Below, one piece after another: positions 30,091-39,460 of a stretch of DNA of 64,000 nucleotides. This stretch comes from an uncultured Gemmatimonadales bacterium (GTDB lineage Bacteria; Gemmatimonadota; Gemmatimonadetes; Gemmatimonadales; GWC2-71-9), in assembly GCA_963695555.1 (NCBI GenBank), contig CAVOGR010000002.1, forward strand, positions 256,001-320,000. Reading direction: 5' to 3'. Position numbers and translations under genes: made by a program. Under the pieces are notes generated by a model. It was given only the letters and a program-made list of their open reading frames with translations, was not told where the DNA came from and made no database searches. How positions within the stretch are numbered: the stretch's first letter is position 1; each line of letters opens with the position of its first letter.

Positions 30091-31439
30091 CCGACGTCCC
30101 GGACAGCCCCTGGTACCGCAAGCTCCACTGGCAGATCATCCTCGGGCTCCTGTTCGGGGTCGCCTACGGTGTGATCGCCGCCGCAAACGGCTGGGGTGAA
30201 TTCACCAAGGACTGGATCGACCCCTTCGGTAAGATCTTCCTCAACGGGCTCAAGCTTATTGCGGTCCCGCTGGTGCTGGCGTCGCTGGTGACGGGGGTCG
30301 CGTCGCTCAGCGATCTCAAGAAGCTGTCCCGCATCGGTGGCAAGACCATCACGATCTACATCGCCACAACGGTCGTCTCCGTCACGCTGGGCCTCGTATT
30401 GGTCAATATCTTCAAGCCCGGCCATAGCGTGCCGGCCGACATGCGAGCCGAACTCCAGGCGACCTATGCGCAGGATGCGTCATCGGGCGAGGCCGCGGCG
30501 CAATCGGCCAGGGACCGGGGACCGCTCCAGATCATGGTCGACATCGTGCCCGACAATTTCTTCGAATCGGTGGGCGACAATCGGAACATGCTGCAAGTGG
30601 TGTTCCTGGCCATCTTGATCGGCATCGGCCTGATTCAGGTCCCGAAGGACCGAGCAAGCCCGGTGCTCGCGGTGTTCGAGGGATTCAACGCCATCATCAT
30701 CCGGCTGGTGGACCTGATCATGCTGATGGCCCCGGTCGGCGTGTTCGCGCTCATTGCGAGCACCATCACGTCGGTGGCCGGGGACAGCTTGGTCCAAATC
30801 GCGGAGCTGCTCCGCGCCTTGGGGTTCTACAGTCTCGTGGTGTTGTTGGGGTTGGTGCTGCACACGACGGTTACCTATCCGGTGCTGCTCAAGCTGTTCA
30901 CGCCCATGCCGCTCAAGACGTTCTTCGCCGGCATGGCACCGGTTCAATTGGTGGCGTTCTCCACGAGCTCGAGCGGCGCCACGCTGCCGCTCACGATGGA
31001 GCGCTGCGAGGAAAAACTCGGGATCTCGGAGGAGGTTTCGTCCTTCGTGCTGCCGCTCGGCGCCACCATTAACATGGATGGCACCGCCCTCTACCAAGCC
31101 GTGGCCGCGGTCTTCATTGCGCAGACCTTGGGCATGAACTTGGGACTGGGTGCGCAGTTGACCATCGTGTTGACGGCGGTGTTGGCGTCGATCGGGACGG
31201 CGGCAGTGCCGGGAGCCGGGATCATCATGTTGGTGATCATCCTCGAAGCCGTCGGCGTGCCGAGTGCGGGGATCGCATTGATTCTCGGAGTGGACCGGAT
31301 CCTGGACATGTGCCGGACGGTGACCAACGTGACCGGCGATGCCACCGTGGCCACCATTGTGGCGGCGTCTGAAAACGCGTTACTCGCGCCTGACTTGAGT
31401 GAGGCGGGGGACCGGATCCGGACGCGGTGGCGCGGCTAG
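30087..31439 (+). CDS. Dicarboxylate/amino acid:cation symporter (GltP/GltT family)
   Basis: FSTSSSGATLP, GATINMDGTA, DMCRTVTNVTGD. Confidence 0.93.
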   Translation: MTDVPDSPWYRKLHWQIILGLLFGVAYGVIAAANGWGEFTKDWIDPFGKIFLNGLKLIAVPLVLASLVTGVASLSDLKKLSRIGGKTITIYIATTVVSVTLGLVLVNIFKPGHSVPADMRAELQATYAQDASSGEAAAQSARDRGPLQIMVDIVPDNFFESVGDNRNMLQVVFLAILIGIGLIQVPKDRASPVLAVFEGFNAIIIRLVDLIMLMAPVGVFALIASTITSVAGDSLVQIAELLRALGFYSLVVLLGLVLHTTVTYPVLLKLFTPMPLKTFFAGMAPVQLVAFSTSSSGATLPLTMERCEEKLGISEEVSSFVLPLGATINMDGTALYQAVAAVFIAQTLGMNLGLGAQLTIVLTAVLASIGTAAVPGAGIIMLVIILEAVGVPSAGIALILGVDRILDMCRTVTNVTGDATVATIVAASENALLAPDLSEAGDRIRTRWRG

Positions 31440-31476
31440 TCGAGCTCGAGCTCCAGTCACTTCCACATTACCACGC

Positions 31477-31520
31477 AAAAAAGAACGACCGCTCGATCCA
31501 TAGAGAACCGAGCGGTCGTT
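31477..31520 (-). terminator. Intrinsic terminator on the minus strand
   Basis: 12-bp stem AACGACCGCTCG/CGAGCGGTCGTT with an A6 run at 31477-31482 (U tract on minus). Confidence 0.75.
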
Positions 31521-31735
31521 ATAAGCCGGGCGGGTGGATTGTCCACCCTCAGCAGGCGCGGCGTTTTTCTACCGTGCCAGGTTCATGCCCCGAACAGGCA
31601 CAAATACCTTTTGCCCGGCCACTCAAGCGCCTCATCATGGGGCTCCTGCACACCCGCTCGGAGCGCGGTCCCCCTGGCCGTACCCCGGGGATGCCAACCT
31701 GCGGCATCCTACTCCAGCCCCCACGACCAGACGCC
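31521..31735 (-). ncRNA. Candidate structured non-coding RNA, 6S RNA-like
   Basis: ~200 nt without a credible ORF between an extended -10 (TGCTATGAT, 31742-31750) and a terminator; AGGGGGAC...GTGTGCAGG-[hairpin]-GCTTGA arrangement resembles the 6S apical region. Confidence 0.45.
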
Positions 31736-31817
31736 ACGCACATCATAGCACCCGCTGTATGAAGTGGCCGGGAAGGTCGGATGAAGAAATCCGCTAGCCG
31801 GCCAACCGCTTGGGTCA

Positions 31818-32486
31818 TCAGTACTTCCATACCTGCCCGGGTTGCATGGCCTTCACCTCGACGCCGGCAGGACGGAAAGTAGACGGGTCTTGCTCGATGG
31901 GGGGCCAGGTGTTGTAGTGGATGGGGATCGCCACCTTGGGCCGAATCAGCTCGGCGGCCCGGGCGGCGAGGTCGGGCCCCATGGTGAAGCGGTCGCCGAT
32001 CGGGATACAGGCAATATCCGGACGATAAATCTCCCCTATGAGCTTCATGTCGCCGAAGATTGTGGTGTCGCCGCAATGATAGACCGTCACTCCACCCATA
32101 TTGATCACCAGTCCGCACGGCATGCCCATGTAGCGCCCCTCATAGGACGAGGAGTGGAATGCCTGCGTGAAGGCGATCCAGCCGAATGGCAGCGAAATCT
32201 TGCCTCCCGGATTCCCGGGTTCCGTAGCCGCGACGCCGTGTTCCGCCAGGTAGTTACAGATCTCGAACGCGGCGATCACGGTGGCCTTGTTGTGCTTGGC
32301 CAGGGCGATGGTGTCGCCGAAATGGTCGGCGTGCCCGTGGGTCAGCGCGATGTGGGTCGGGTGGAGATCCTTGGGAGTCACCGTCGCTAAGGGGTTGCCG
32401 GTGAGGAACGGATCGATGGCAAGGGTGTGGCTCCCGCTCTTCAATAGGAAAGCGGAGTGGCCCAGGTAGGTGATGTCGAGAGGCAT
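31818..32486 (-). CDS. Metal-dependent hydrolase, metallo-beta-lactamase fold (UPF0173)
   Basis: LGHSAF, IDPFL, THGHADH, YHCGDT, IPIHYNTW. Confidence 0.92.
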   Translation of the reverse strand: MPLDITYLGHSAFLLKSGSHTLAIDPFLTGNPLATVTPKDLHPTHIALTHGHADHFGDTIALAKHNKATVIAAFEICNYLAEHGVAATEPGNPGGKISLPFGWIAFTQAFHSSSYEGRYMGMPCGLVINMGGVTVYHCGDTTIFGDMKLIGEIYRPDIACIPIGDRFTMGPDLAARAAELIRPKVAIPIHYNTWPPIEQDPSTFRPAGVEVKAMQPGQVWKY

Positions 32487-32589
32487 GACCGGGCTCCCAG
32501 TGGTTACGCGGGTTCTGGATGCGAAGCGGGCGGCTCCGCGGTATCGTCACATGTATGGACTCGCGTTCTGAGAATAGCGTGAAACCCGA

Positions 32590-33021
32590 ATGAGAGAACC
32601 GTCTCGTGCAACGTCGCGCTGGGTGGGTGTGCTGGCGGCGGCCGGCCTCGCCCTGCTCATGGCCTACGGCTGTGACATCGAGACCCTGCGGATCCAGGTG
32701 TGTTCCGACGGCCTCGGGGTATTGGTGAGCACCGAGCCCGGGGCCGAGTTCGATTGGAGCGGCGGCTGCGGGGTGGGTGAGCTGCAGGTGCGCGAGGCCG
32801 GTGCGAGCGGGCGGGTCGTGTGGCGGATCCGCGATCGCGCGGCGATGAACCGGTTGGTGGCGCCGATCCGTTATGGTAGCGCACCATCTGAGGCGACGGT
32901 CATCGTCCCGCCGGCGCCGCTCGAGGTGGGCGTGGGTTATCTCGTCGAGGTCCGGTCACTCACGGCACTCGGCGGTGGCGGTACCAGGATCGTCGTGGGT
33001 CAGGCCGCGTTCGTTCGGTGA
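32590..33021 (+). CDS. Hypothetical lipoprotein
   Basis: Signal peptide with lipobox AYGC, 143 aa. Confidence 0.65.
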   Translation: MREPSRATSRWVGVLAAAGLALLMAYGCDIETLRIQVCSDGLGVLVSTEPGAEFDWSGGCGVGELQVREAGASGRVVWRIRDRAAMNRLVAPIRYGSAPSEATVIVPPAPLEVGVGYLVEVRSLTALGGGGTRIVVGQAAFVR

Positions 33022-33183
33022 GTCGGTGCGCAGCGTTATCGTAAGTTGCGGCGTGGCGTAGCGATTATAGGGCACCGTGTGCAGTACTGGGTTTGGTGTA
33101 CGTGATATGCGGCGGAGTGCGATTTGAGAGCTCGGTGGGTTAGCTGGCGGCTTTGCGGGTCTATCGCTCCGCAGCCTATCACC

Positions 33184-33221
33184 TAGGGTTTTCCCTAGTG
33201 CGTAGGGTTTTCCCTAGTGCG
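33184..33221. repeat. Perfect 19-bp tandem duplication, each unit containing a palindrome
   Basis: TAGGGTTTTCCCTAGTGCG x2. Confidence 0.9.
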
Positions 33222-33465
33222 ATGGTGTTGAGTGGCTTGGGCTGGACCAAGCAGAGCCGCGGCTCATGGAGGAATCCGCAGTGGTGGGTCAGATTGTTTG
33301 CAGTTCATTTTCAAGTAGACGTACAGAAACAGAGGCAACACAGCAGAATGAACAAGCGCCGATCGCCAAAAACTACCCTTGGAAAGCTACCACGTTGTTA
33401 TCCTCGCTCAGATTGCGTTGTCGCTTTCGATTGCCCCATGTCATTCACAAGCACAAGGACAGCCC

Positions 33466-33867
33466 ATGACTCAATCCGCAAGAGGTGAATTCGTCGTCTC
33501 CTTGAAGCCTTTGGCGTTTGAGGGCGCCGACCCAGAGTTCAAGCTTGGGCGAATGTCCATCGACAAGCAGATTTCCGGCGACCTCACCGCGAGCACAGTG
33601 GGTCAAATGCTCAGCGCGATGACGAGTACTAATGGGTCTGCCGGCTACGTCGCAATTGAGCGGGTAGCAGGTGTTCTAAACGGAAAACGAGGAACCTTTG
33701 TTCTGCAACACACCGGCACCATGAATCGTGGCGCACCATCCCTTGTAGTAACCGTAGTTCCGGACTCAGGCACTGAGGAATTGGTCGGACTGGAAGGCGA
33801 GTTCAAGATCAACATCGAAGAAGGCAAGCACTCTTACGAGTTCACGTATCGCTTGCCTGCGCAGTAG
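33466..33867 (+). CDS. DUF3224-family protein, integron cassette gene
   Basis: AGYVAIERVAGVLNGKRGTFVLQH, VVPDSGTEELVGLEG; visibly lower GC than the flanks; attC follows. Confidence 0.88.
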   Translation: MTQSARGEFVVSLKPLAFEGADPEFKLGRMSIDKQISGDLTASTVGQMLSAMTSTNGSAGYVAIERVAGVLNGKRGTFVLQHTGTMNRGAPSLVVTVVPDSGTEELVGLEGEFKINIEEGKHSYEFTYRLPAQ

Positions 33868-33877
33868 AGCAAATGAC

Positions 33878-33985
33878 GTCTAACCACCACGTGCAGTGGA
33901 CGGGCCCTGCTGGTTTCAAAGGGAATCATTGATTTGTGAGCAGGCAGGCCGAGGTGGCCCGCCACTGACCCGGAATTCGTTAGGC
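33878..33985 (+). mobile_element. Integron attC recombination site (108 bp)
   Basis: R'' GTCTAAC 10 nt after the stop, R' GTTAGGC, inner imperfect inverted repeat CAGTGGACGGGCC/GGCCCGCCACTG. Confidence 0.8.
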
Positions 33986-34089
33986 GGCGAATCAGTCTTG
34001 GGTTCTCACGGCCGAGGACTCGATGAGCATGGGACTCAATAGCCCCAGTTCCAGTCGGACGTCGTGTTCGCCCTAGGGGGAACTGAGCC

Positions 34090-34308
34090 CTACGCCTTCG
34101 ACTTCGCCATCATTCCGATACCGGCCAGTAGACTCACGGCACCCAGCCCCAGCAGGATATAGGACTGGGTTCGCCCACCCTGGTCAGTGGCGGAGACTTC
34201 AATGTCGCCGACAGAGAGAGAAGCACCAGAATCATCAAATTGTGAGAATCCGAAGAAGCCAAGCGCCAAGCCAACGACAATGAGTGCGATGGGAAAAAAC
34301 TTGTTCAT
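34090..34308 (-). CDS. Small two-helix membrane protein (72 aa)
   Basis: Two hydrophobic segments around a short acidic loop. Confidence 0.7.
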   Translation of the reverse strand: MNKFFPIALIVVGLALGFFGFSQFDDSGASLSVGDIEVSATDQGGRTQSYILLGLGAVSLLAGIGMMAKSKA

Positions 34309-34471
34309 AGAACCGCCTGAGTCGAAGTGCGGGAAAACGGGACCACGCGCCGTTGGGGCTCAATCGGCCGCTTCCACCACAAAGATATGTGTCGCGCGGA
34401 GCCGCGCAAACAAACCCACCGGGCATTGAATGAACCGGTTGGCCGGCGCTCTGCATTCGCCCTCGAGCGCC

Positions 34472-34537
34472 GTGGCGAGATGTATCGATCCGGCGTGGCT
34501 GATCGAGACGGAGGTCGATGCCGTCGTCGGAGGCTGA
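34472..34537 (+). pseudogene. C-terminal remnant of a RidA/YjgF-family gene
   Basis: Reads VARCIDPAWLIETEVDAVVGG*, like the RidA C-terminal strand; no N-terminal part upstream. Confidence 0.45.
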
Positions 34538-34671
34538 CGCCGAGCCCGCCCGCAGCGGCCTAGCCTTGCCTCGCTCGACATAAGGGGTTGATTGGGTGAA
34601 ACAGGAAGGGCTCCGTAGCCGCTCCAGGCCCGGACGATCCGAGCGATATGACCACGCGATGGAGGCACGAC

Positions 34672-36464
34672 ATGAAGACCGGAACGCTGTTGGTGCTGGG
34701 TGGCGTAGGCGTGCCCGCGGGACTTGCCGCCTGGCTGGTTGTGGGCGCGAGCCCAGGCGCGCCGACCGGCGCGGCTTTGGCCGAGCTCGGCCCTCAGGAG
34801 GCCGACGGGATCGAGTGGTACTGGGCCCTCAACGGGCCGGTGTCCGCCGATGCCGGGGTCGACCTGTCGGTCGACCCGCAGGGCAACGTGTTCCTCGCCG
34901 GCGGCCACGGCGGCCTCGACATGGATCGCGACGGGACGTCGACCTCCCGTCGGGGGCCACCGCTTACGTGGGTGCCAAGAACCCCCTGTTCATGAAGCTG
35001 AGCCGGCACGCGGCGGGCGAACCGATGAAGATTCGCTGGGCCCGCTCTCCCAGCACGCCGGCGGACCGTACCCAGACCAAGATCGCCGCCGACGGGCGCG
35101 GCGGGGCCTACGTGGTCAGGAGCGTTCATGGAATCGCTGTCGTTCGAGGACGGGCCCACCCTCCAGGGGGCGGGCGGGAACGACGCCTTCATCGCCCGCT
35201 ACGACGGCGAAGGGTCGGTGACCTGGGCGCGAGTGTTCGGCGGGCCCGGCGGAGGCGACGCCATCTATGGCCTGGCCAGCGATGAGGACGGGAACGCCTA
35301 TCTGGTCGGCACCGGGAACGAAACGTTTCCGCTCGACGATCAGGGTGCCGAGTTTCGGACCTCGACTGAACGCGCCGCCGCGATCGTGTCCTACAACCCG
35401 GAAGGGGTGGTGCGCTGGGCCCGCGTGTTCGGGGCCGGTGCCCCGCTCGCGTTCGCGGTCAAGGTGTCGCCCAACGGCCGGATCTACGTGACGGGTGAGC
35501 TGGCGGGCGAGGCCGACTTCGACGGCGACGGGACGGCCGACCTTCCCGCCCCCAGGGACCGCGACGGCTTCGTGGCCCGATTCGATAGGGAGGGCACCTT
35601 TCTGGGCGCGTGGGCAGTTCCGACAGCGGCGGTCCCGACATTCACGCCCGAAGGCGACGTCCTGCTGGGCGGTCCGATGGGAGGCGCGATGGAGCGGCGG
35701 TACGGGCCCGCCGATTTCGATGGTGACGGCCGGCCGGACGTGGAGCTCAAGGGCGGCGGACCGACCGGAACGTGGGTCGCCCGCTACTCGTCGGAGGGCC
35801 GGCTTCGGTTGGGTCCGCTCGTATGCGCTGCGAGCAGCCGGCGGACTTGGAGGTCCGGGGCGACCTGATGGTGATGTCGGGCAACTACAAGGGCGTGCGC
35901 GATCTCAATGAAGACGGCGAGGCCGAGCCGCGGTTGGACGTGGTGGATTCGGAGCTGGAGACGGACCTGGCGATCATGATCCTGTCGGCCCGGGACGGCA
36001 GGCCCCTCCGCGTCTGGACCGCGCCGGGCCCGGGCAACGACTGGGCTAACGCGGTGGCGTTCCTTCCCAACGAACCCGCGCTGCTGGTCACCGGCGCGAT
36101 CCAGCTCACGGCCGACTTCACCGGCGACGGCGAGCACGGCGAAGGCTGGATCGTGTGCGAGAACCTGGGCGATCTCTATGTCGCCCAGTACCGGTTGCCC
36201 GAGCCGGTCGAGACGCCCAACGAGATTCTGCTGGACGTGTCGCTGGCCCGGCGCGAGGGCGAGCTGCGCGCCACCCTCATGTGGTCGGGTGCCACGACGG
36301 ATCGGATTGACGTGTACCGCGGTGACGAGCGGATCGCCACGGTGAAGAACGACGGGTCGCACACCGACGTGATCCCGCAGGACGGTGCGGCACCCCCTTA
36401 CCGCTACCGCGTGTGCGACCGGGGCAGCTCCAGGTGCTCGGCGACATGGAAGGGCGGCCGCTGA
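34672..36464 (+). pseudogene. Secreted beta-propeller (SBBP-like) protein with DxDGDG motifs, broken by several frameshifts
   Basis: GGAGG + ATG signal peptide; repeats DPQGNVFLAG, DGRGGAYVV, DEDGNAYLVG, DFDGDG spread over different frames; indels near 34938, 35118 and 35808-35832. Confidence 0.7.
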
Positions 36465-36586
36465 TGGCTCGGTTACATGTTCAATCGACGCTCGCTCGGA
36501 GCCGGCCTTTGCGCCATCGTCATCCTCCTCGGCACCGCCGTGAATTGACGGTGCGCGTCATCGTGGTTCCCAAGAGCTATTAGGGC

Positions 36587-36611
36587 GCCTAACAAGTAAA
36601 TGCACCTGGCG
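36587..36611 (+). mobile_element. Truncated attC (left arm only)
   Basis: GCCTAACAAGTAAATGCACCTGGC resembles R''-L''; no matching R' found. Confidence 0.4.
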
Positions 36612-36905
36612 CTGGCTCAGGACTTCTTCGCGGGCCAGCGGGTGCGGCGCGACATCGTCCGTTTCGTGAGTGTTCTGTCTCGACGTCCTCGCGCCGCCCC
36701 CAAACTCCCCATGAGCCTCCCTTCCCACGGCAAGTGGCTGCAGAGAGTTCTCGCGCGCGATGACCGGTTTCTCGTCGGGTTGCACCTGCGCCAGATGAAA
36801 GCCATCAGTTACCTTGGCACGTTAGATCGGGTCTTCGGGGTACCCGTCACCACGCGCAACTGGAATACCATGAGCGCAGTCGCCAGGCTGCTGGACCCCG
36901 AGTGA
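36612..36905 (+). pseudogene. C-terminal remnant of a DUF1697-like gene
   Basis: Ends FGVPVTTRNWNTMSAV; the N-terminal LRGINVGG-type part is absent. Confidence 0.55.
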
Positions 36906-36993
36906 GGCAAGCGCTGGCGAGTGGACCAGGCCGCCGGCTATGTGGGCATGCCGGTGGCGTCCCCGCTCACGCTGTGTCCGTTAGAGTGAACCC

Positions 36994-37860
36994 ATGGATT
37001 CCAAACCAATCCTGATACTGGGAGCGACCGGGATGCTGGGCCGACCGGTCGCGCAGTGCCTGACCGCTCAGGGCCAGCGGGTGCGTGCCTTGGTTCGTGA
37101 GGCTGGGAGGGGCCGCCGACAGCTGGGCGATTCCGTCGAAATCGTCGAGGGGAGCGCGCTCGAGGAGCGAGACGTGCGCCAGGCGATGGCGGGGTGTTGG
37201 GCGGTCCACGTCAACCTGGTCCAGGAAGCGGAACTGACTGCCATGCAGCACGTCGTCCGGTCGGCGGCGGCGCGGGGAATTCAACGGGTGTCCTATGTGT
37301 CGGCGACCACCGCGTGCGAAGCGAATCGATGGTTCGAAGTGGTGGATGTGAAGATGCGCACGGAGGAGGTCCTCAGGCAGAGTGGCGTCCCGCACGTGGT
37401 GTTTTGCCCGACCTGGGTGATGGAGACGCTCGAGAACTTTGTCCACGGAAGTCGAGGGACGATCATCATTGGGCGAAACCCTCCCGAGCTGCACTTCGTC
37501 GCCGCCGCCGACTTCGGACGGATGATGGCCCAGTCCTACGTAGATGAGCGCGCCCTCGGCAAGCGCTTGTTCATTCACGGGCCCGACGCCGTTACGCTTC
37601 CCGACGCGCTCCAGCGCTTCTATGCGGCCTGCCATCCTCAGCTGAGGGTGATGCGGTTGAAGCTGTGGCAGGCCCGGCTCCTCGCCAGGCTGACCCGGCG
37701 GGCGGGGCTGACCTATGTGACCAAATTGATCGACTACTTCGACCGAGTGGGGGAACTCGGCGACCCCAGCGAAGCGAATCGCCTGCTGGGCACGCCGTCG
37801 ACCACACTCGATGAGTGGTTCATCTCGCCGCACGGCGAGCGGCAGGGGTTACCGCACTGA
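36994..37860 (+). CDS. NmrA-like/atypical SDR NAD(P)H-binding protein
   Basis: ILILGATGMLGRPVA, VRALVR, SGVPHVVFCPTWVME. Confidence 0.85.
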   Translation: MDSKPILILGATGMLGRPVAQCLTAQGQRVRALVREAGRGRRQLGDSVEIVEGSALEERDVRQAMAGCWAVHVNLVQEAELTAMQHVVRSAAARGIQRVSYVSATTACEANRWFEVVDVKMRTEEVLRQSGVPHVVFCPTWVMETLENFVHGSRGTIIIGRNPPELHFVAAADFGRMMAQSYVDERALGKRLFIHGPDAVTLPDALQRFYAACHPQLRVMRLKLWQARLLARLTRRAGLTYVTKLIDYFDRVGELGDPSEANRLLGTPSTTLDEWFISPHGERQGLPH

Positions 37861-37965
37861 GGATGGGGCAACTCTGGGCCCTGGCCACGACGATTCCCTC
37901 CGTGAACGAGATAAGTCCCTCCCTGCCGCAGCGCCGTCACGACGCACCAGCGCGCCGTCGCCGCG

Positions 37966-38745
37966 TCAGCGGGACGAGCGGACCGTGCGCCCGGACAGCG
38001 GTTGCACGGGACGGTTCGTCGGCCCGTGGTCCCCGGCCAGGGCCGCCAGCTGATCTGAGCTGAGCGACATGGACTCGGTCAAGAGATTCCACCGAACGCC
38101 CTCCGAACACGGCGGTGTCGTCAACGACCCGTCATAGGTGATGTAACCGGCTGCGTCCGGCAGGAGCTCAGCAAGGTTTACCTCCATCGTCGCGCCGCCT
38201 TCCCGACCGGCGCCGGCGATGGCTTCGTACGCCGCCGATGACGCGCCCTCCTCGAACATCACGCCGACCACCGCGAGCTGACCAGCATCGTTCTGGTGCA
38301 CGAAGTGGATCTCGAGCGGGAAGCTTTGGCCGTCGATGGTGTGCTCGCTCGGTCCGTGGGGATGGAACTGGAGGAGCGTGTACTGGTCCTCCCCGATGGT
38401 GAGGCGTTGCGTCGTCTCAGGTGTCACGACCATCCCGTATCCCGACGTCTCGACCCGCACCGTCGTGTTGCCGTAGTCAAACTCCAGCGGTGGGAGATCG
38501 TGCGACTCCACGGACGCGGTGGCCACGTCAATGGGAGACTGCGCCATTCCCGCGGCGCACGCCGCGTATTCCTCGGACAGCATACCCCACCGATCAGGAC
38601 CGGTCTCGCCCGCGTACGACCAGGCCACCTCCGTGTGGGCAGCCTCCGCTGCTTTGTCCTGGGAGGCGGTATCTCCCCGGGCGCATGCAGCGACGAAGGG
38701 CAGGCCAATGAACAGCAAGCTCAAGCAATATGTGGTTCGCCTCAT
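37966..38745 (-). CDS. Alpha-class carbonic anhydrase, lipoprotein
   Basis: WSYAG, QSPID, QFHPHGPSEH, EIHFVH, YDGSLTTPPCSEGV, NRPVQP; lipobox VAAC. Confidence 0.93.
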   Translation of the reverse strand: MRRTTYCLSLLFIGLPFVAACARGDTASQDKAAEAAHTEVAWSYAGETGPDRWGMLSEEYAACAAGMAQSPIDVATASVESHDLPPLEFDYGNTTVRVETSGYGMVVTPETTQRLTIGEDQYTLLQFHPHGPSEHTIDGQSFPLEIHFVHQNDAGQLAVVGVMFEEGASSAAYEAIAGAGREGGATMEVNLAELLPDAAGYITYDGSLTTPPCSEGVRWNLLTESMSLSSDQLAALAGDHGPTNRPVQPLSGRTVRSSR

Positions 38746-38845
38746 GATTGTCTCTCCTCGTTGATGACTTCGGGGCCGCTCATGCGACCGTCGGTTTTCG
38801 GACGCCTCCCGCCCGGGTTGGCGCGCCGCACTCCTGGGCCCGCTG

Positions 38846-39154
38846 TCAGGGCGATCGGCCTTCGACCATCCGGATCAGCTCGCGAACCGTGCGGTGGGCC
38901 TCCAGGGGATGCCGGAGCGCTCCGTCCAAGTGCAGCACGTAGCGGTTGCGACGGCCTTCCCGCACGCGCTCGACGATTCCTTCCGTCTCCAGATCCGCCA
39001 GAATCAGCTGCACCGCCCGCTCGGTGATGCCTACGACCTCCGCCAGATCACGAATCCGTGCGCGTCGATTCCGGACCAGCGCGACCACGACGTGAGCGTG
39101 GTTGCTGAAGAACGTCCACGTGCTGCCTGCGCGCTTCCGGTCTTTCACTTTCAT
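38846..39154 (-). CDS. Winged-helix transcriptional regulator
   Basis: WTFFSNHAHV, IRDLAEVVGITERAVQLI, GRRNRY, LRHPLE. Confidence 0.88.
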   Translation of the reverse strand: MKVKDRKRAGSTWTFFSNHAHVVVALVRNRRARIRDLAEVVGITERAVQLILADLETEGIVERVREGRRNRYVLHLDGALRHPLEAHRTVRELIRMVEGRSP

Positions 39155-39175
39155 CCCGACCTCGTTAATATGTGA

Positions 39176-39204
39176 AAACTATTTCGGTAATTATTGTTCG
39201 TCAA
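39176..39204 (-). promoter_or_regulatory. sigma70-type promoter of the regulator-carbonic anhydrase unit
   Basis: TTGACG-N17-TAGTTT on minus; imperfect palindrome GAAA-TAGT-TTTC overlaps the -10. Confidence 0.6.
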
Positions 39205-39313
39205 TACCGACCTCGGCACTCGAGGAGCGTGTGACTCCGCCACTGACGCGGGATTTGTCAATGCGGCGGTCTAGAGTGCTTGGCATGGCAAGTTACCCGG
39301 GCTATCGTGCCAT

Positions 39314-39421
39314 ATGATCCGCTCCTTTGCGGATCCCGGCACCGAGGATGTCTTCTACGGCCGTGATCCCCGGCGCGCCCAGGGTACCTCCCCACACAGA
39401 GGCATGTCTTTCAGCTCCTAG
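39314..39421 (+). pseudogene. N-terminal remnant of a HigB/RelE-type toxin gene
   Basis: MIRSFADPGTEDVFYGRDPRRA, then unrelated sequence and a stop at codon 36; no antitoxin gene; TTGGCA-N17-TATCGT just upstream. Confidence 0.6.
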
Positions 39422-39460
39422 CACTGTACCGGGTCCCAAACGACCAGCGCGGAGAGCAGC

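Noticed and set aside
31519..31532. ATAAGCCGGG as the 3' end of RNase P RNA
   Set aside because: The adjoining ACAGAA and the GAGGAAAGTCC segment are absent
31523..31533. GCCGGGCGG as a direct repeat (att site) of the tRNA-Cys 3' end
   Set aside because: Only 9 bp in GC-rich DNA, so expected by chance; no integrase present
33184..33221. Tandem repeats here and at 50612-50660 as CRISPR arrays
   Set aside because: No spacers, units too short, no cas genes
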